From the IMG/VR virus record IMGVR_UViG_3300029286_000009, positions 124,001-188,000 of that record: a stretch of DNA of 64,000 nt, one strand, 5' to 3'. The notes beneath the pieces were generated by a model that saw only the letters and a program-made list of their open reading frames with translations, searched no databases and was not told the origin of the DNA. Shown piece by piece: positions 18,705 to 27,823 of the stretch. How positions within the stretch are numbered: the stretch's first letter is position 1; each line of letters begins with the position of its first letter. Made by a program: the position numbers and the translations under genes.

Positions 18705-18917
18705 TCAGCACCATCTTATAATGGGGTCGTAGATTGATGCCTCGTGTTTCCAACCAGGGTGGTTCTTCTGCACTCCTTTTTCTTCGGGTTTTACTACACC
18801 TGTGCCGTTACATACCGAGCACAGAGTCGGAGTTCCATCGTGTCGTGTTTGCTTACCTGTGCCACAACAGCACGGGCAAGGTTGTTCCTCTCTTTTGAAT
18901 GACCACATAACTGCCAT
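18705..18917 (-). CDS. DnaJ-type Zn-finger protein, paralog of 9010-9285
   Basis: PCPCCCGTGKQTRHDG..CSVCNGTG vs PCPCCDGTGIQTRCDG. Confidence 0.65.
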   Translation of the reverse strand: MAVMWSFKREEQPCPCCCGTGKQTRHDGTPTLCSVCNGTGVVKPEEKGVQKNHPGWKHEASIYDPIIRWC

Positions 18918-18928
18918 TTAAACGCTCC

Positions 18929-19297
18929 TTAACTTATTTGCCTTTTTCCTCGACCCACTCCCTCCCCCACTTGGGTGTTTGCTACTTGCCATAGCTTGCG
19001 GAGTGGGGACAGGGGAGATACGTTAATATATGCCTGGTGCTCTTTGTGAATATACACATGAAGGCAGTATAGGGGCAGCCAACCTTTATCTTCGCGAAGC
19101 GTTAGACTTATTTGCCCACCCCCATCTTTACCTGTCAGATATTCGCCGGTACACTGCCACGAGATAACTTTGAAATTAGTGAGTGAAATTATCATCTCAA
19201 CAATTTCGCGTTCATCCTTGGGGCACCATACGAACACTATCCAATACATAATATAAGCTGTTGTTATCAATAATATTATTGCTAGTTCCATTTGCAT
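18929..19297 (-). CDS. Membrane-anchored hypothetical protein
   Basis: N-terminal TM helix. Confidence 0.55.
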   Translation of the reverse strand: MQMELAIILLITTAYIMYWIVFVWCPKDEREIVEMIISLTNFKVISWQCTGEYLTGKDGGGQISLTLREDKGWLPLYCLHVYIHKEHQAYINVSPLSPLRKLWQVANTQVGEGVGRGKRQIS

Positions 19298-19340
19298 TAT
19301 CCTTTTCTTTTACGGAACTATTCACCTGCCAAATAACGCA

Positions 19341-19369
19341 TTGACAAGAGCGAGGGCTATCCGTACACT
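19341..19369 (+). promoter_or_regulatory. Sigma70-type promoter, antisense to the arm
   Basis: TTGACA(19341-46)-17 nt-TACACT(19364-69). Confidence 0.75.
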
Positions 19370-19372
19370 ATC

Positions 19373-19502
19373 GGAGGCCGGTTAATCTGGGTGTTCACGG
19401 GCCCAGAACGCCTCTGGGCCAAAGGTAAGAACACAGCCGGTCAACCTGCCCCTGTGGGGGCGACCATAAGGGGGCAGGATACATTAATCCCGAGGTAGTA
19501 TT
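19373..19502 (+). promoter_or_regulatory. Highly structured 5' leader (copy B)
   Basis: Stems GCCGG/CCGGT, GTGTTC/GAACAC, GGCCCAGA/TCTGGGCC, CCTGCCCC/GGGGCAGG; SD GAGGT(19492-96) can pair with ACCTC(19510-14). Confidence 0.7.
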
Positions 19503-19607
19503 ATGAGAAACCTCAAATTCCTTCGGCGGTGGCTTACACGTCATCGTCGAATGCTCTTGATTGTAGTGAAGGTAATCTTATGGCTTGTCTATAAATACTG
19601 GATATAG
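19503..19607 (+). CDS. 34-aa cationic/hydrophobic peptide, type I toxin-like
   Basis: Read by hand: MRNLKFLRRWLTRHRRMLLIVVKVILWLVYKYWI*; promoter, SD and a homolog at 95. Confidence 0.65.
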   Translation: MRNLKFLRRWLTRHRRMLLIVVKVILWLVYKYWI

Positions 19608-19618
19608 TTTAATTTGTT

Positions 19619-19656
19619 AGGAGGCTCTAGCAGTGTCCCCCTGCTATCCTCCATTT
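19619..19656 (+). terminator. 3' hairpin downstream of peptide ORF
   Basis: GGAGG..TAGCAG/CTGCTA..CCTCC. Confidence 0.45.
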
Positions 19657-19664
19657 CTACTCCA

Positions 19665-19853
19665 CTATTCTTTTTTCTTCGTACCTTCTACTTCTCTGCA
19701 CCAGTAATCGATTTGGTCCATCGCCCACTCGTGGAGATACTCTTCCTCCACGTAAGTGTGCTTGTCTCCTACTTCCTCTAACTCCTCATCATTTATATCA
19801 ACAACCTCTGAGTACAATTTGATTCCTAATTCTATATTGAATTCGAATTTCAC
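19665..19853 (-). CDS. Acidic hypothetical protein
   Basis: GTG start after GGAG; VKFEFNIELG... Confidence 0.5.
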   Translation of the reverse strand: MKFEFNIELGIKLYSEVVDINDEELEEVGDKHTYVEEEYLHEWAMDQIDYWCREVEGTKKKE

Positions 19854-20071
19854 CCGTCTCCTTTCTTTTCGGATTCTCTGACAACTTGAACAGTTACCGT
19901 GTTCCCGCAATATGGGCAGGTAATAGTATGGGGACACAATGGGCGAATAAAACGGTCTTCGAAGCCCATCTTTTTGTGGCAGTGGGGGCACTCCATTACT
20001 GTATCTATCCCAGGAACTGAAAAGTGAGACCAAGTATTCTCGAAATCATTCAGGATATCTTTCATTCTCAT
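19850..20071 (-). CDS. Zn-ribbon hypothetical protein
   Basis: CPHC/CPYC. Confidence 0.55.
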   Translation of the reverse strand: MRMKDILNDFENTWSHFSVPGIDTVMECPHCHKKMGFEDRFIRPLCPHTITCPYCGNTVTVQVVRESEKKGDG

Positions 20072-20119
20072 CCTTTTATTACTCCTATAGGCATCAGTTT
20101 AGTCACAACTTCAACCAAG

Positions 20120-20872
20120 TCAGAATGCACAACTTTCCCAGTTTAACAGTTGGTCAAACCGTTTTAGTATCAAACCCGGGTTCTCTTTCCACTCCTTTTC
20201 CCAGATAGTATAAACACTATATCCCAGGTCTTTGATTAACTTTATCCTTTCTTCATCTCTATTCCAAATGTTTTGAGCTGTAAGACCATGATGGATAATG
20301 TCAGATGCACTGTATGTCTCTGGATTAGCATGCCAGAAATTACCATAGAACTCTATTACTACCCCATCTTTTCGAATGATACCATCTGGAAATAACCATG
20401 ATGCTTTCCCATAACTAATCGTCTCAGTAGTCACATTGTCATGGACTTCCTGTAACTCTTTAATAAATTTCTGTTCAATACGACTCCTGTTACAAGAAAA
20501 ATCATTTTTGGTAATCTTTCCTTCTCGCCATGACCTCCTCATATGTTCGCGACGGGCTTCACGTTGCTCTGGGTTATCTCTATACCATTGTTTGACACGA
20601 GCAGACTGTTCCTTTTTAAATCCCTCTCTCCTGGGCTTTGAGACTGCTTTAATAACCTTTTCTCTATATTCTTCATCCTTCCACAAATCTTTACTAATTT
20701 GTCTTAGCTTCTCCTTAGTTTGTGCAATTGTTTCTGGGTTATGTGTCTTTCCATAGAATGAGTTGTTCTCTCCGGTTCTATCTCTGTGGTGGTTACAAAA
20801 TCCAGTTTTATTCATATCTTGGAGAAGCTTCCCGCAAGTTTTGCACCGTTTGTTTAATTTAGGTTTTCCCAT
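20120..20872 (-). CDS. Homing-type endonuclease: NUMOD3-like repeat plus Vsr/EDxHD-like PD-(D/E)XK domain
   Basis: GENNSFYGKTH; FPDG..VVIEFYGNFWHANP..WNRDEER..LGYSVYTIWEKEW. Confidence 0.75.
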   Translation of the reverse strand: MGKPKLNKRCKTCGKLLQDMNKTGFCNHHRDRTGENNSFYGKTHNPETIAQTKEKLRQISKDLWKDEEYREKVIKAVSKPRREGFKKEQSARVKQWYRDNPEQREARREHMRRSWREGKITKNDFSCNRSRIEQKFIKELQEVHDNVTTETISYGKASWLFPDGIIRKDGVVIEFYGNFWHANPETYSASDIIHHGLTAQNIWNRDEERIKLIKDLGYSVYTIWEKEWKENPGLILKRFDQLLNWESCAF

Positions 20873-21254
20873 TTCTTATAATTTGTTCTCCTGTATTACT
20901 CCTTTCTGTCTCTTTGCAGTGTTTGACTCTGTCTCGTTTCAATTTCTGCAGGTCAGTTTTGGCAGCGAGAACGTCTCAGCCAATGTCCTTCCTAATTATA
21001 TTCATACTTAGTCAGCTACTTCATACCTAGGCCCAATGCTTCCCCCTGGACAGGGTGGGGTGACTCATTTTTCTGGGAAACCCGTGCGTGGTCCCTGATA
21101 CGCTTGTATGTGTCCGCGTTTACAGCGTGTCATAATTACTGGACCATCATCATCTGGGTTGAACTGGTCGTAGCAGAATATCCTGTCAAATACTCCCTCC
21201 GCAACTCCAAAGATAGCCTCTCTTATCTTGTGTATCGCCCCCATGATCCTCCGA

Positions 21255-21821
21255 TCACCATTCCCTTTCCGGTTCCGGTATTTTTACTCCTTCTTCTAAG
21301 TACTCCCGTAGCAACATTTTCTTGATCTCTTCCAAGCTTTCCAGGGCGTCCTCTGGGGTCTCCCCGTCGGCACACGATGCATGCCGCCCTAACCGAGGGA
21401 TACAAACATGCCAGCCCCCACCTTGGTTATGCGGTATTTTGGATATTACCACATCGTAGGAAAGCCTCATATAACGGTTTAATTCTTGTTCCACACGGTC
21501 CATCTTTTTCTTTTGTTCGCAGTATTGCCAGTACGAAGAAAGAGAGGGTTCACTAATTTCTATAGTGGGATAATAACGAGATTCTCCAAGTCCAAGTGTA
21601 GCATTTATTACAAAGTTTCTGGCTACTACAGAGCTATCGGCTAACATAGAGCAGTTAAGGTGATTCTTACACCAGAGAATACCATTCTCATCAATTAACT
21701 CTTCGACGCCTTCGTAAATAAGTGCCCCATAAAACATACAATCAACGAAGATGAAGTTTTCACAACCCCTCTTCCTAACCTTTTCAACTTTAACGATAAG
21801 TTTCATTGTTTGTTGCTCCAT
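21255..21821 (-). CDS. HicB-like antitoxin domain with N-terminal extension
   Basis: C-terminal YDVVISKIP..GGGWHVCIPRL..CADGETPEDALESLEE..LEEGVKIPEP. Confidence 0.7.
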   Translation of the reverse strand: MEQQTMKLIVKVEKVRKRGCENFIFVDCMFYGALIYEGVEELIDENGILWCKNHLNCSMLADSSVVARNFVINATLGLGESRYYPTIEISEPSLSSYWQYCEQKKKMDRVEQELNRYMRLSYDVVISKIPHNQGGGWHVCIPRLGRHASCADGETPEDALESLEEIKKMLLREYLEEGVKIPEPEREW

Positions 21822-22011
21822 TTGTTGCTCCGTTTATTTCCACATTTTGTGAGTAATCCTCAAGAGCATCACAAAGTTTAGAGAGGCTGTAATGTATGTC
21901 ATCTTCATGACTTACCAGTCTCTCCCACTCCTTTCGCATAACTCTTGCCATATCGAGACACGCCCCTAACAAGGTTTTTGCTGCTATCGGGTCTACTGTC
22001 CTTGCTATCAT
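21790..22011 (-). CDS. hypothetical protein
   Basis: coupled to rpoZ. Confidence 0.5.
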   Translation of the reverse strand: MIARTVDPIAAKTLLGACLDMARVMRKEWERLVSHEDDIHYSLSKLCDALEDYSQNVEINGATNGATNNETYR

Positions 22012-22196
22012 TATTCTTCCTTTCTTACTTTGCCTGCCGCAATCTCCCGTAAAGCAGTTACTATCTCTTTGTTGTCACTCTCAACTAGGGGCTCTGCTCC
22101 TCCCTTTAACTCCTTCACTCTTTTGCTAGTCAAGTGCACCAATTCAAAGCGATTCCCTATTTCATTCAAGCAGTCATCAATGGTTACTCGTGCCAC
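22011..22196 (-). CDS. rpoZ: RNA polymerase omega subunit
   Basis: (M)[51 protein letters not shown]; GTG start after GGAGGAGG. Confidence 0.9.
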   Translation of the reverse strand: MARVTIDDCLNEIGNRFELVHLTSKRVKELKGGAEPLVESDNKEIVTALREIAAGKVRKEE

Positions 22197-22347
22197 TATA
22201 TACCTCCTCCATCTTGATATTCGAGTTCTTTGTCCAATTTTGTCCTGAGATGCCGCCAGTAAATGTAAGTAGGAGGGATAGCAGTTGCGATAGCTAATAT
22301 TATTGCTACCCCTACCCTGAAAAGTGTGTCTTCCATTATTCACCAAC

Positions 22348-22815
22348 TTAAACTGGGTTCAGAAGTGTGACTACACCCACAACGTTGATTAGTACCCACG
22401 CAACGTATAGAAAGAGAACATTCAACCAGCGTGATTCTACGTCCTCAAAGGAGTAATCAGACTCATCTTTTCTGTCACCTGTTTTACGTTGCCCAAAATA
22501 TTTGTGGTGGACTCTGTAAAGCAGGGTGTTCCCAACGATTAGAAGTGCAGTAGCTCCACAAATTTTCCATAAAGCAAATCCACAATAATTCCAAAACAGA
22601 ATCCACCATAACAGTTTGCCATAGGAAGTCTTGGAAAATTCTTCGGGTGTCAGGGACATTTCTTTCGCTGCCGCGGCTATCCCTTTAGCAACTTCTTCGA
22701 CTGTGGTTGTGTTGGTGGCGGACACTGGAGTTACTGTGTTTGCTGATGCACACGCTACAGAACAGACTACCAAACTTAGAATTAGAAACAAACTTTTCAC
22801 TGGGATTCCTTTCAT
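22348..22815 (-). CDS. Membrane protein with signal peptide
   Basis: Signal peptide plus 2-3 TM segments. Confidence 0.6.
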   Translation of the reverse strand: MKGIPVKSLFLILSLVVCSVACASANTVTPVSATNTTTVEEVAKGIAAAAKEMSLTPEEFSKTSYGKLLWWILFWNYCGFALWKICGATALLIVGNTLLYRVHHKYFGQRKTGDRKDESDYSFEDVESRWLNVLFLYVAWVLINVVGVVTLLNPV

Positions 22816-23309
22816 ACAACTATTTTTTCTATAACTTTGAAAGTTTCTTCAGTAACTAAAATCAGAGTTTCTCCCTCTTTACCGGATTGCTCCTTGTCGT
22901 AATTAACTTGTGTACGCATGCCTTCAACTATATTTTGTGCTGCAATCAAACTTCTGGTGGAGATACTCTCTGGCTTGCGAGAATAGTCTAGGAATATCTT
23001 CTGTACCCGGTAAGGATACAGTTTTCCCTCAATCCTACTTTGGATATACTCCTCTGAATATTTCTGAGCAACTTTCTTTTTGGTTCTTTCTCCTTTATTT
23101 TTGAAGCTACTTGCATATATAAATCGGTAACACCAGTCAGGTGGTCCCATGTCTGTAGCATCTGTAATGTAAACACAGGGATATTCAGCGGGAGATGAAC
23201 GAGGGCAGTATTCTGCTTTCAATGTATCAAGGAACTCTTCCCACTCTTCCCTATCGTTGATAACTCCGGATACCCACATAGTTTCATTCCTCCTACTTGT
23301 ATTATTCAA
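22812..23309 (-). CDS. hypothetical protein
   Basis: 165 aa; likely start MWVSG. Confidence 0.55.
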   Translation of the reverse strand: MNNTSRRNETMWVSGVINDREEWEEFLDTLKAEYCPRSSPAEYPCVYITDATDMGPPDWCYRFIYASSFKNKGERTKKKVAQKYSEEYIQSRIEGKLYPYRVQKIFLDYSRKPESISTRSLIAAQNIVEGMRTQVNYDKEQSGKEGETLILVTEETFKVIEKIVV

Positions 23310-23324
23310 ATATTGGAACTCTTG

Positions 23325-23741
23325 TTACTCTCTCTCTATCGCGTCATGTGTGGTCTCAACTTTTCCACACCTGGAGCATACACGACTCCACGCTAAATAG
23401 TTCCCATCACGAGATATAGCTGTTGGTTTATCCCATTTGTGTTCGCAGTCTCTCTGAATGGCTTCAAGGTTAAGAGCACGCCCGGCAAACTGCGTATCTT
23501 CGGGATCCCAGTCATACCATGTGATATTCCTACTTTCTTTCTGAAGAAAGTCTGGCACGTCTCTAAACACACAGATACCGACGAGACAATCTAGTTCGCA
23601 CAAAAGAGTTTCGACTCCTTCTCTGGTATAGTCTTGAAAGTTCGATAAGTCATACACATCCCAACTCCTGACACCATAATCGTCTTCTTCTGATGTAACT
23701 ATAATCATTTTATTTCCTTTCTTAGCATCCCAAATCAACAT
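23325..23741 (-). CDS. hypothetical protein with C-terminal CxH..CxxC
   Basis: 138 aa. Confidence 0.5.
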   Translation of the reverse strand: MLIWDAKKGNKMIIVTSEEDDYGVRSWDVYDLSNFQDYTREGVETLLCELDCLVGICVFRDVPDFLQKESRNITWYDWDPEDTQFAGRALNLEAIQRDCEHKWDKPTAISRDGNYLAWSRVCSRCGKVETTHDAIERE

Positions 23742-24513
23742 CTATAGTTGTGTATGTTGGGCTACCATAAGTTGCTTGCCCTACCCACACTGCTATTTTA
23801 TCGTTGATGTTCACTCTTACTTCTTCATGTGTATGACCACACAGAATAGAGAGTCTTGCATTTGTTTTGCAAGCCACTTCACTCAATGCCTTACCCATTC
23901 CTACATTGGAAAAGTGGGGAATGTACATATCGTCTGTTGCTAGCCCATTATACATACATGCTCTTACATAGGGTGGGGCATGAGTTACTACAATGATATG
24001 CCTTGCTCCAATCTTTAGTATTTGGTTGGTTAGTCTATTGGATGCTTTATCCGCTATCTTTTGCATCAAACCGAATGTTGCCCCGACTGTCAACCCGTGA
24101 AAATCATATATTGCACGATAGTCATTGAGTAGAAGCCCAGACCGTTGACTTCCGCCAGCACGACCATCCGCCCAGCCATCGTGACCAATTAGATAAGTGT
24201 GATCAGTTAGTTTAATTGCTGTGCAATTAGTAAGCCAAAATAAATTCTTGTGATCTTCTACAGACCTACGAACCATAGCATATACATGCTCGAATGTTGC
24301 CGCGTATATGTCATGGTTTCCTAAAACGAAGTACACAGGCATCGGGAGATTACCTAGCACTTTCAAGTGATATTTGATATGTTTCGCATCGCTAATATCG
24401 CCACTTATCACTACACCATCCGTTTCTGAAGTGGACAACCTACGCAAGAAATCGCCAAGTGCGTGATCATTCAACCATTCCAAATGGGGGTCAGTTACCC
24501 ATGCGAGTTGCAT
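23722..24513 (-). CDS. Calcineurin-like metallophosphoesterase
   Basis: TDPH, SGDIS, GNHD, THAP, CGHTH motifs. Confidence 0.9.
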   Translation of the reverse strand: MQLAWVTDPHLEWLNDHALGDFLRRLSTSETDGVVISGDISDAKHIKYHLKVLGNLPMPVYFVLGNHDIYAATFEHVYAMVRRSVEDHKNLFWLTNCTAIKLTDHTYLIGHDGWADGRAGGSQRSGLLLNDYRAIYDFHGLTVGATFGLMQKIADKASNRLTNQILKIGARHIIVVTHAPPYVRACMYNGLATDDMYIPHFSNVGMGKALSEVACKTNARLSILCGHTHEEVRVNINDKIAVWVGQATYGSPTYTTIDVDLGC

Positions 24514-24831
24514 CTATATCACCTCCAACTCTTCTTTCTCAGAAATCTCTGCCCGCCTTTCTTGCCATGTTAAATTTTTGACATGCTTTTGGCGACGAGG
24601 ATTTCCGCAACAAAAAGGATTGCTACATGTAGGCATATTTTCCGAAGCGACACACACCCAGTGCCAAAAGTCACTATAATCATCGAATCCATACATACCG
24701 CCCCATCTTCCCCAACGCCTACCTATCTGCTCCCACTTCTGCCGTACACGCTCTCTGTGGCTCCTTCTGTAGGCAATACCTCGTGCTGGCCTACCTCTTG
24801 ACAATAGTTTTGCTATCTTTCGGGAAGACAA
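24514..24831 (-). CDS. Basic hypothetical protein
   Basis: CSNPFCCGNPRR. Confidence 0.55.
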   Translation of the reverse strand: MSSRKIAKLLSRGRPARGIAYRRSHRERVRQKWEQIGRRWGRWGGMYGFDDYSDFWHWVCVASENMPTCSNPFCCGNPRRQKHVKNLTWQERRAEISEKEELEVI

Positions 24832-24929
24832 TTGCTTCTATCCTTTTCTGCGGAAGTATGTTCTCGCATAACAACCTCTCATGGGCGGGATAGTAAACTA
24901 AAAAGCAGCTTACTACCCCACTGAATTGA

Positions 24930-25940
24930 TTATTTACGAAACCGAGCGATGAGTTCCTTTGATGTTACCAGATTCATGCCTCCCTGTCTGAACCGGTCAA
25001 ATGCTTCTTCCATTGGTCCCGTGAAGTCAGCAACACCCGGAATCACAACAGCACTAGTACAATCTGTCACAATAGAGACCTTTTTAGCCAGGAACGGGTC
25101 TTTGGCAGCTATAATATCCAATAGGTCTTGTACAGTCCATGCTAAGCAATGAGATCCTGCCTGCCCTAAAATCCAGACTTCATCGTGGCTGAGTAGATTC
25201 TCTATGAACTTCACATTGAGCTCTCCAACAACAACCCCATCATGGGACTGGGTAACCTCAGGGCGTAACACCGAGTAGTTTTCGGTTAGCACCTTGCCAC
25301 CCTTTATTTGAAAACCGGTCTGTGATCCGCGAGCGACAGCGTGGAAGAATACTGCTTCGTAGAGCGAGGGGTTCATTGCGTGACCGGTTTCCCCGAGCAT
25401 TGTATGGTAGGGCCAGATCATCAGGGCGTACTTGCCAGTCGCACTAAGGCACTCTGTGTAGTACTGGCAATACTTCTGTAACCACATCAGCGGGGCGTTA
25501 ACCTCCTTACAGAGTGCTGGATTGAGTTTCCACAGACCAGTTTTCACATCTTTCTCGGAGAGAATGGTTCCAGGGGACGGGTGTTCACCATGGTCGTTTA
25601 CCCACGCTATCGAGAAGAATATCTGGTAGAGCATATGCGTATCCAAAGTAGGGCAAATTCGAGTGATCACGTCCATTAGCTCGTAAATCAGAACGCAGGT
25701 ACGGTTAGTATCGTCAATAGCTCCATGACCACTCCTACCCGTCACTGGCAGATTACCGTCGCTGTTTACGAAATCAATTTGTCCATCAATAATAAGCAAG
25801 CAGATTTTCAATGTGTCACTGGCTGCCGGTTTGAAGTTGTGGGTTCTCGCCCAGTCTATAGCGTCTTTCTGAAGACTGATCATATCGACTTTGCGCCGTG
25901 TATCGGTAAGTGTCGAATTATAAACTGCTGGAATTGGCAT
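24930..25940 (-). CDS. Cysteine hydrolase (isochorismatase/nicotinamidase-like)
   Basis: LLIIDGQIDF, TLDTH, WPYH, GQAGSHC, DCTS. Confidence 0.75.
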   Translation of the reverse strand: MPIPAVYNSTLTDTRRKVDMISLQKDAIDWARTHNFKPAASDTLKICLLIIDGQIDFVNSDGNLPVTGRSGHGAIDDTNRTCVLIYELMDVITRICPTLDTHMLYQIFFSIAWVNDHGEHPSPGTILSEKDVKTGLWKLNPALCKEVNAPLMWLQKYCQYYTECLSATGKYALMIWPYHTMLGETGHAMNPSLYEAVFFHAVARGSQTGFQIKGGKVLTENYSVLRPEVTQSHDGVVVGELNVKFIENLLSHDEVWILGQAGSHCLAWTVQDLLDIIAAKDPFLAKKVSIVTDCTSAVVIPGVADFTGPMEEAFDRFRQGGMNLVTSKELIARFRK

Positions 25941-25951
25941 GATTTCTCTCC

Positions 25952-27814
25952 TCAGGAAATTTTGACTAGACTGATATAGTGTGCCGACACAGCATATATG
26001 CCGCCGCTTCCTGCTTGTATCCTGTGTCCGCTGTTGATAAATGGTTCTGTGTCTGGGAAGGTCTTGTCCACGAAGATGGTATGAGATTTATCATATGTTA
26101 TGCGTGCTAGACCTCCGTCGGTTGCTGCAAATAGGTAGTTCCCAGCTGGTGTCTTTCCTCTGATTGTTCCTGCCCAACTACCATCTTGCCATGTGGTAGT
26201 GGTGTGTGCGAGGGGACTACCAAGAGAGTCTATGACCGTCCATGCAGTACGGGTGATGCCTTGATCTTGGTAGGCAACACCGAACCAGGCAATATTGCCA
26301 CTAAACAAGCATGTCGAGTCTACAAGCTGCCCTCGTATTGTAAGAGGAAGTTTGACGAAGTTATTAATGCCAGGCAGTTTTGCATTAAAGACGAATGCAA
26401 AATCAACTTCTCCTGCTCGGTAGAAACCAAACCCGAACTTTTCTCCTACCCAAAACAAGGATTGCCCGCTAAGTATATCTCCAATATATGTTGGAGCATA
26501 CACGTCTTCTCTCATTAACCTCCCATTCTCCACCCAGTATAGGTGGTGAGAGTTGACATCAAAAATAGGTAGATTTCCAAATTGATCGATGTTCCGTATT
26601 TCTTTTCCATTGAGCAATCGAGAACCCTTACCAACAAAAGTACTGGAAGGTGTGATTCTAAAACGCAGAAATGGGTCTAAATCGCCTTCTATAAAAGTTT
26701 GCCCTGTTTCCCGTTTGAATTTTCCACCTTCATGATACAACCAGAGCAAGTTACCCATGTAAGCGGTGTGAAGAATAGTTCCTTTCGTTTCGAAAATACG
26801 CTCGCACGTGACTTGTCCTCTTACCTGTATGGTTACGTGCTTCTGGGGTAGTTGGGTCTGACATATGGGGCATGTATGGCGACAGTGGGTTGCCCCGCAT
26901 AATTTGCACGTTTGCCATACTACTCTCTCGATAAGCTTTAAAGGAAATTTTCCGCGTAAGTCTTTCGTAAAGACTTGCTGAAAATGATGTAGTAAGTCAT
27001 CGGTTAAAGCTTCAAAATGTATTGCTGCTTTAGGGTATCTTACGTCAGGATGAAACACTGAGATTCTCTTGAGGGGGCGTTCTTCGTCTTGTAATAGATT
27101 CTTTCCAGTGGCTTTATAGACGCCTTCGTACGGAGCTACATACAACCAAGATTGGAATAAGAGAACATTGAAAGCGTACCAGTCAGAATCTAGTGTATGC
27201 GGATTTACCATTACAAGACGTTCTAGGGCAGGATCGCATAATAGTGGGTCTACAAATTTGGCTGTAAAAGTTTTGCAAAGGTAGGGACCAAACTGTGTGG
27301 AGTCTGCATCAATAACAAAAACATCCATATACTTAATTAGAATGTTAAGGTCATTTAGAGCGTCTCCTAACACCACACCTAAGTTGTGTGCTTCTGTGAT
27401 CCCATAGTGGAGATTCTGTGCGATGTGAGTAATCTGGTCATTCGATATCCCGCCACCCTCCCTGAACTTCCTTTCGCTATATTTCAGGATTACTTCAGCA
27501 TCTGCAACTAACGGCATCGAATACCCGATGATATTTCCGCCCTTCTCCCTAATCAAATCATTACCTTTTACTACACAGGACGGAAATGTTTGTTGTAGGA
27601 AAGCGGGGAGTTTTTGTTGGTGTTCTTTGATCCTCTCGTCAGCCATCTTCTGGGCATGCGGTTGTCCACGGTAATCAGAGTGGTTAGGGGGTTTAAATAT
27701 TTTGGCGATCAGACCGGGAGTTAACCTGTAGATGTCTGCTTCGCCCCCCTTGCCCCCAGACAATGCGTCTTTGGGAGTAAGAATCGTTTTCTTCCCACAA
27801 ATGTAAATATCCAT
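25952..27814 (-). CDS. Ser/Thr kinase-like protein of TerY-P type with long C-terminal domain
   Basis: GGKGGEADIY, IAKIF, VLGDALNDLNILI, IDADS, DWYAF; CKLC/CPIC Zn ribbon. Confidence 0.8.
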   Translation of the reverse strand: MDIYICGKKTILTPKDALSGGKGGEADIYRLTPGLIAKIFKPPNHSDYRGQPHAQKMADERIKEHQQKLPAFLQQTFPSCVVKGNDLIREKGGNIIGYSMPLVADAEVILKYSERKFREGGGISNDQITHIAQNLHYGITEAHNLGVVLGDALNDLNILIKYMDVFVIDADSTQFGPYLCKTFTAKFVDPLLCDPALERLVMVNPHTLDSDWYAFNVLLFQSWLYVAPYEGVYKATGKNLLQDEERPLKRISVFHPDVRYPKAAIHFEALTDDLLHHFQQVFTKDLRGKFPLKLIERVVWQTCKLCGATHCRHTCPICQTQLPQKHVTIQVRGQVTCERIFETKGTILHTAYMGNLLWLYHEGGKFKRETGQTFIEGDLDPFLRFRITPSSTFVGKGSRLLNGKEIRNIDQFGNLPIFDVNSHHLYWVENGRLMREDVYAPTYIGDILSGQSLFWVGEKFGFGFYRAGEVDFAFVFNAKLPGINNFVKLPLTIRGQLVDSTCLFSGNIAWFGVAYQDQGITRTAWTVIDSLGSPLAHTTTTWQDGSWAGTIRGKTPAGNYLFAATDGGLARITYDKSHTIFVDKTFPDTEPFINSGHRIQAGSGGIYAVSAHYISLVKIS

Positions 27815-27823
27815 AACACTACC

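Noticed and set aside
20873-21070. Group I intron or IscB/HEARO omega-RNA around the endonuclease
   Set aside because: Only vague word matches; no P7-type core, no RuvC/IscB protein and no split ORF to rejoin
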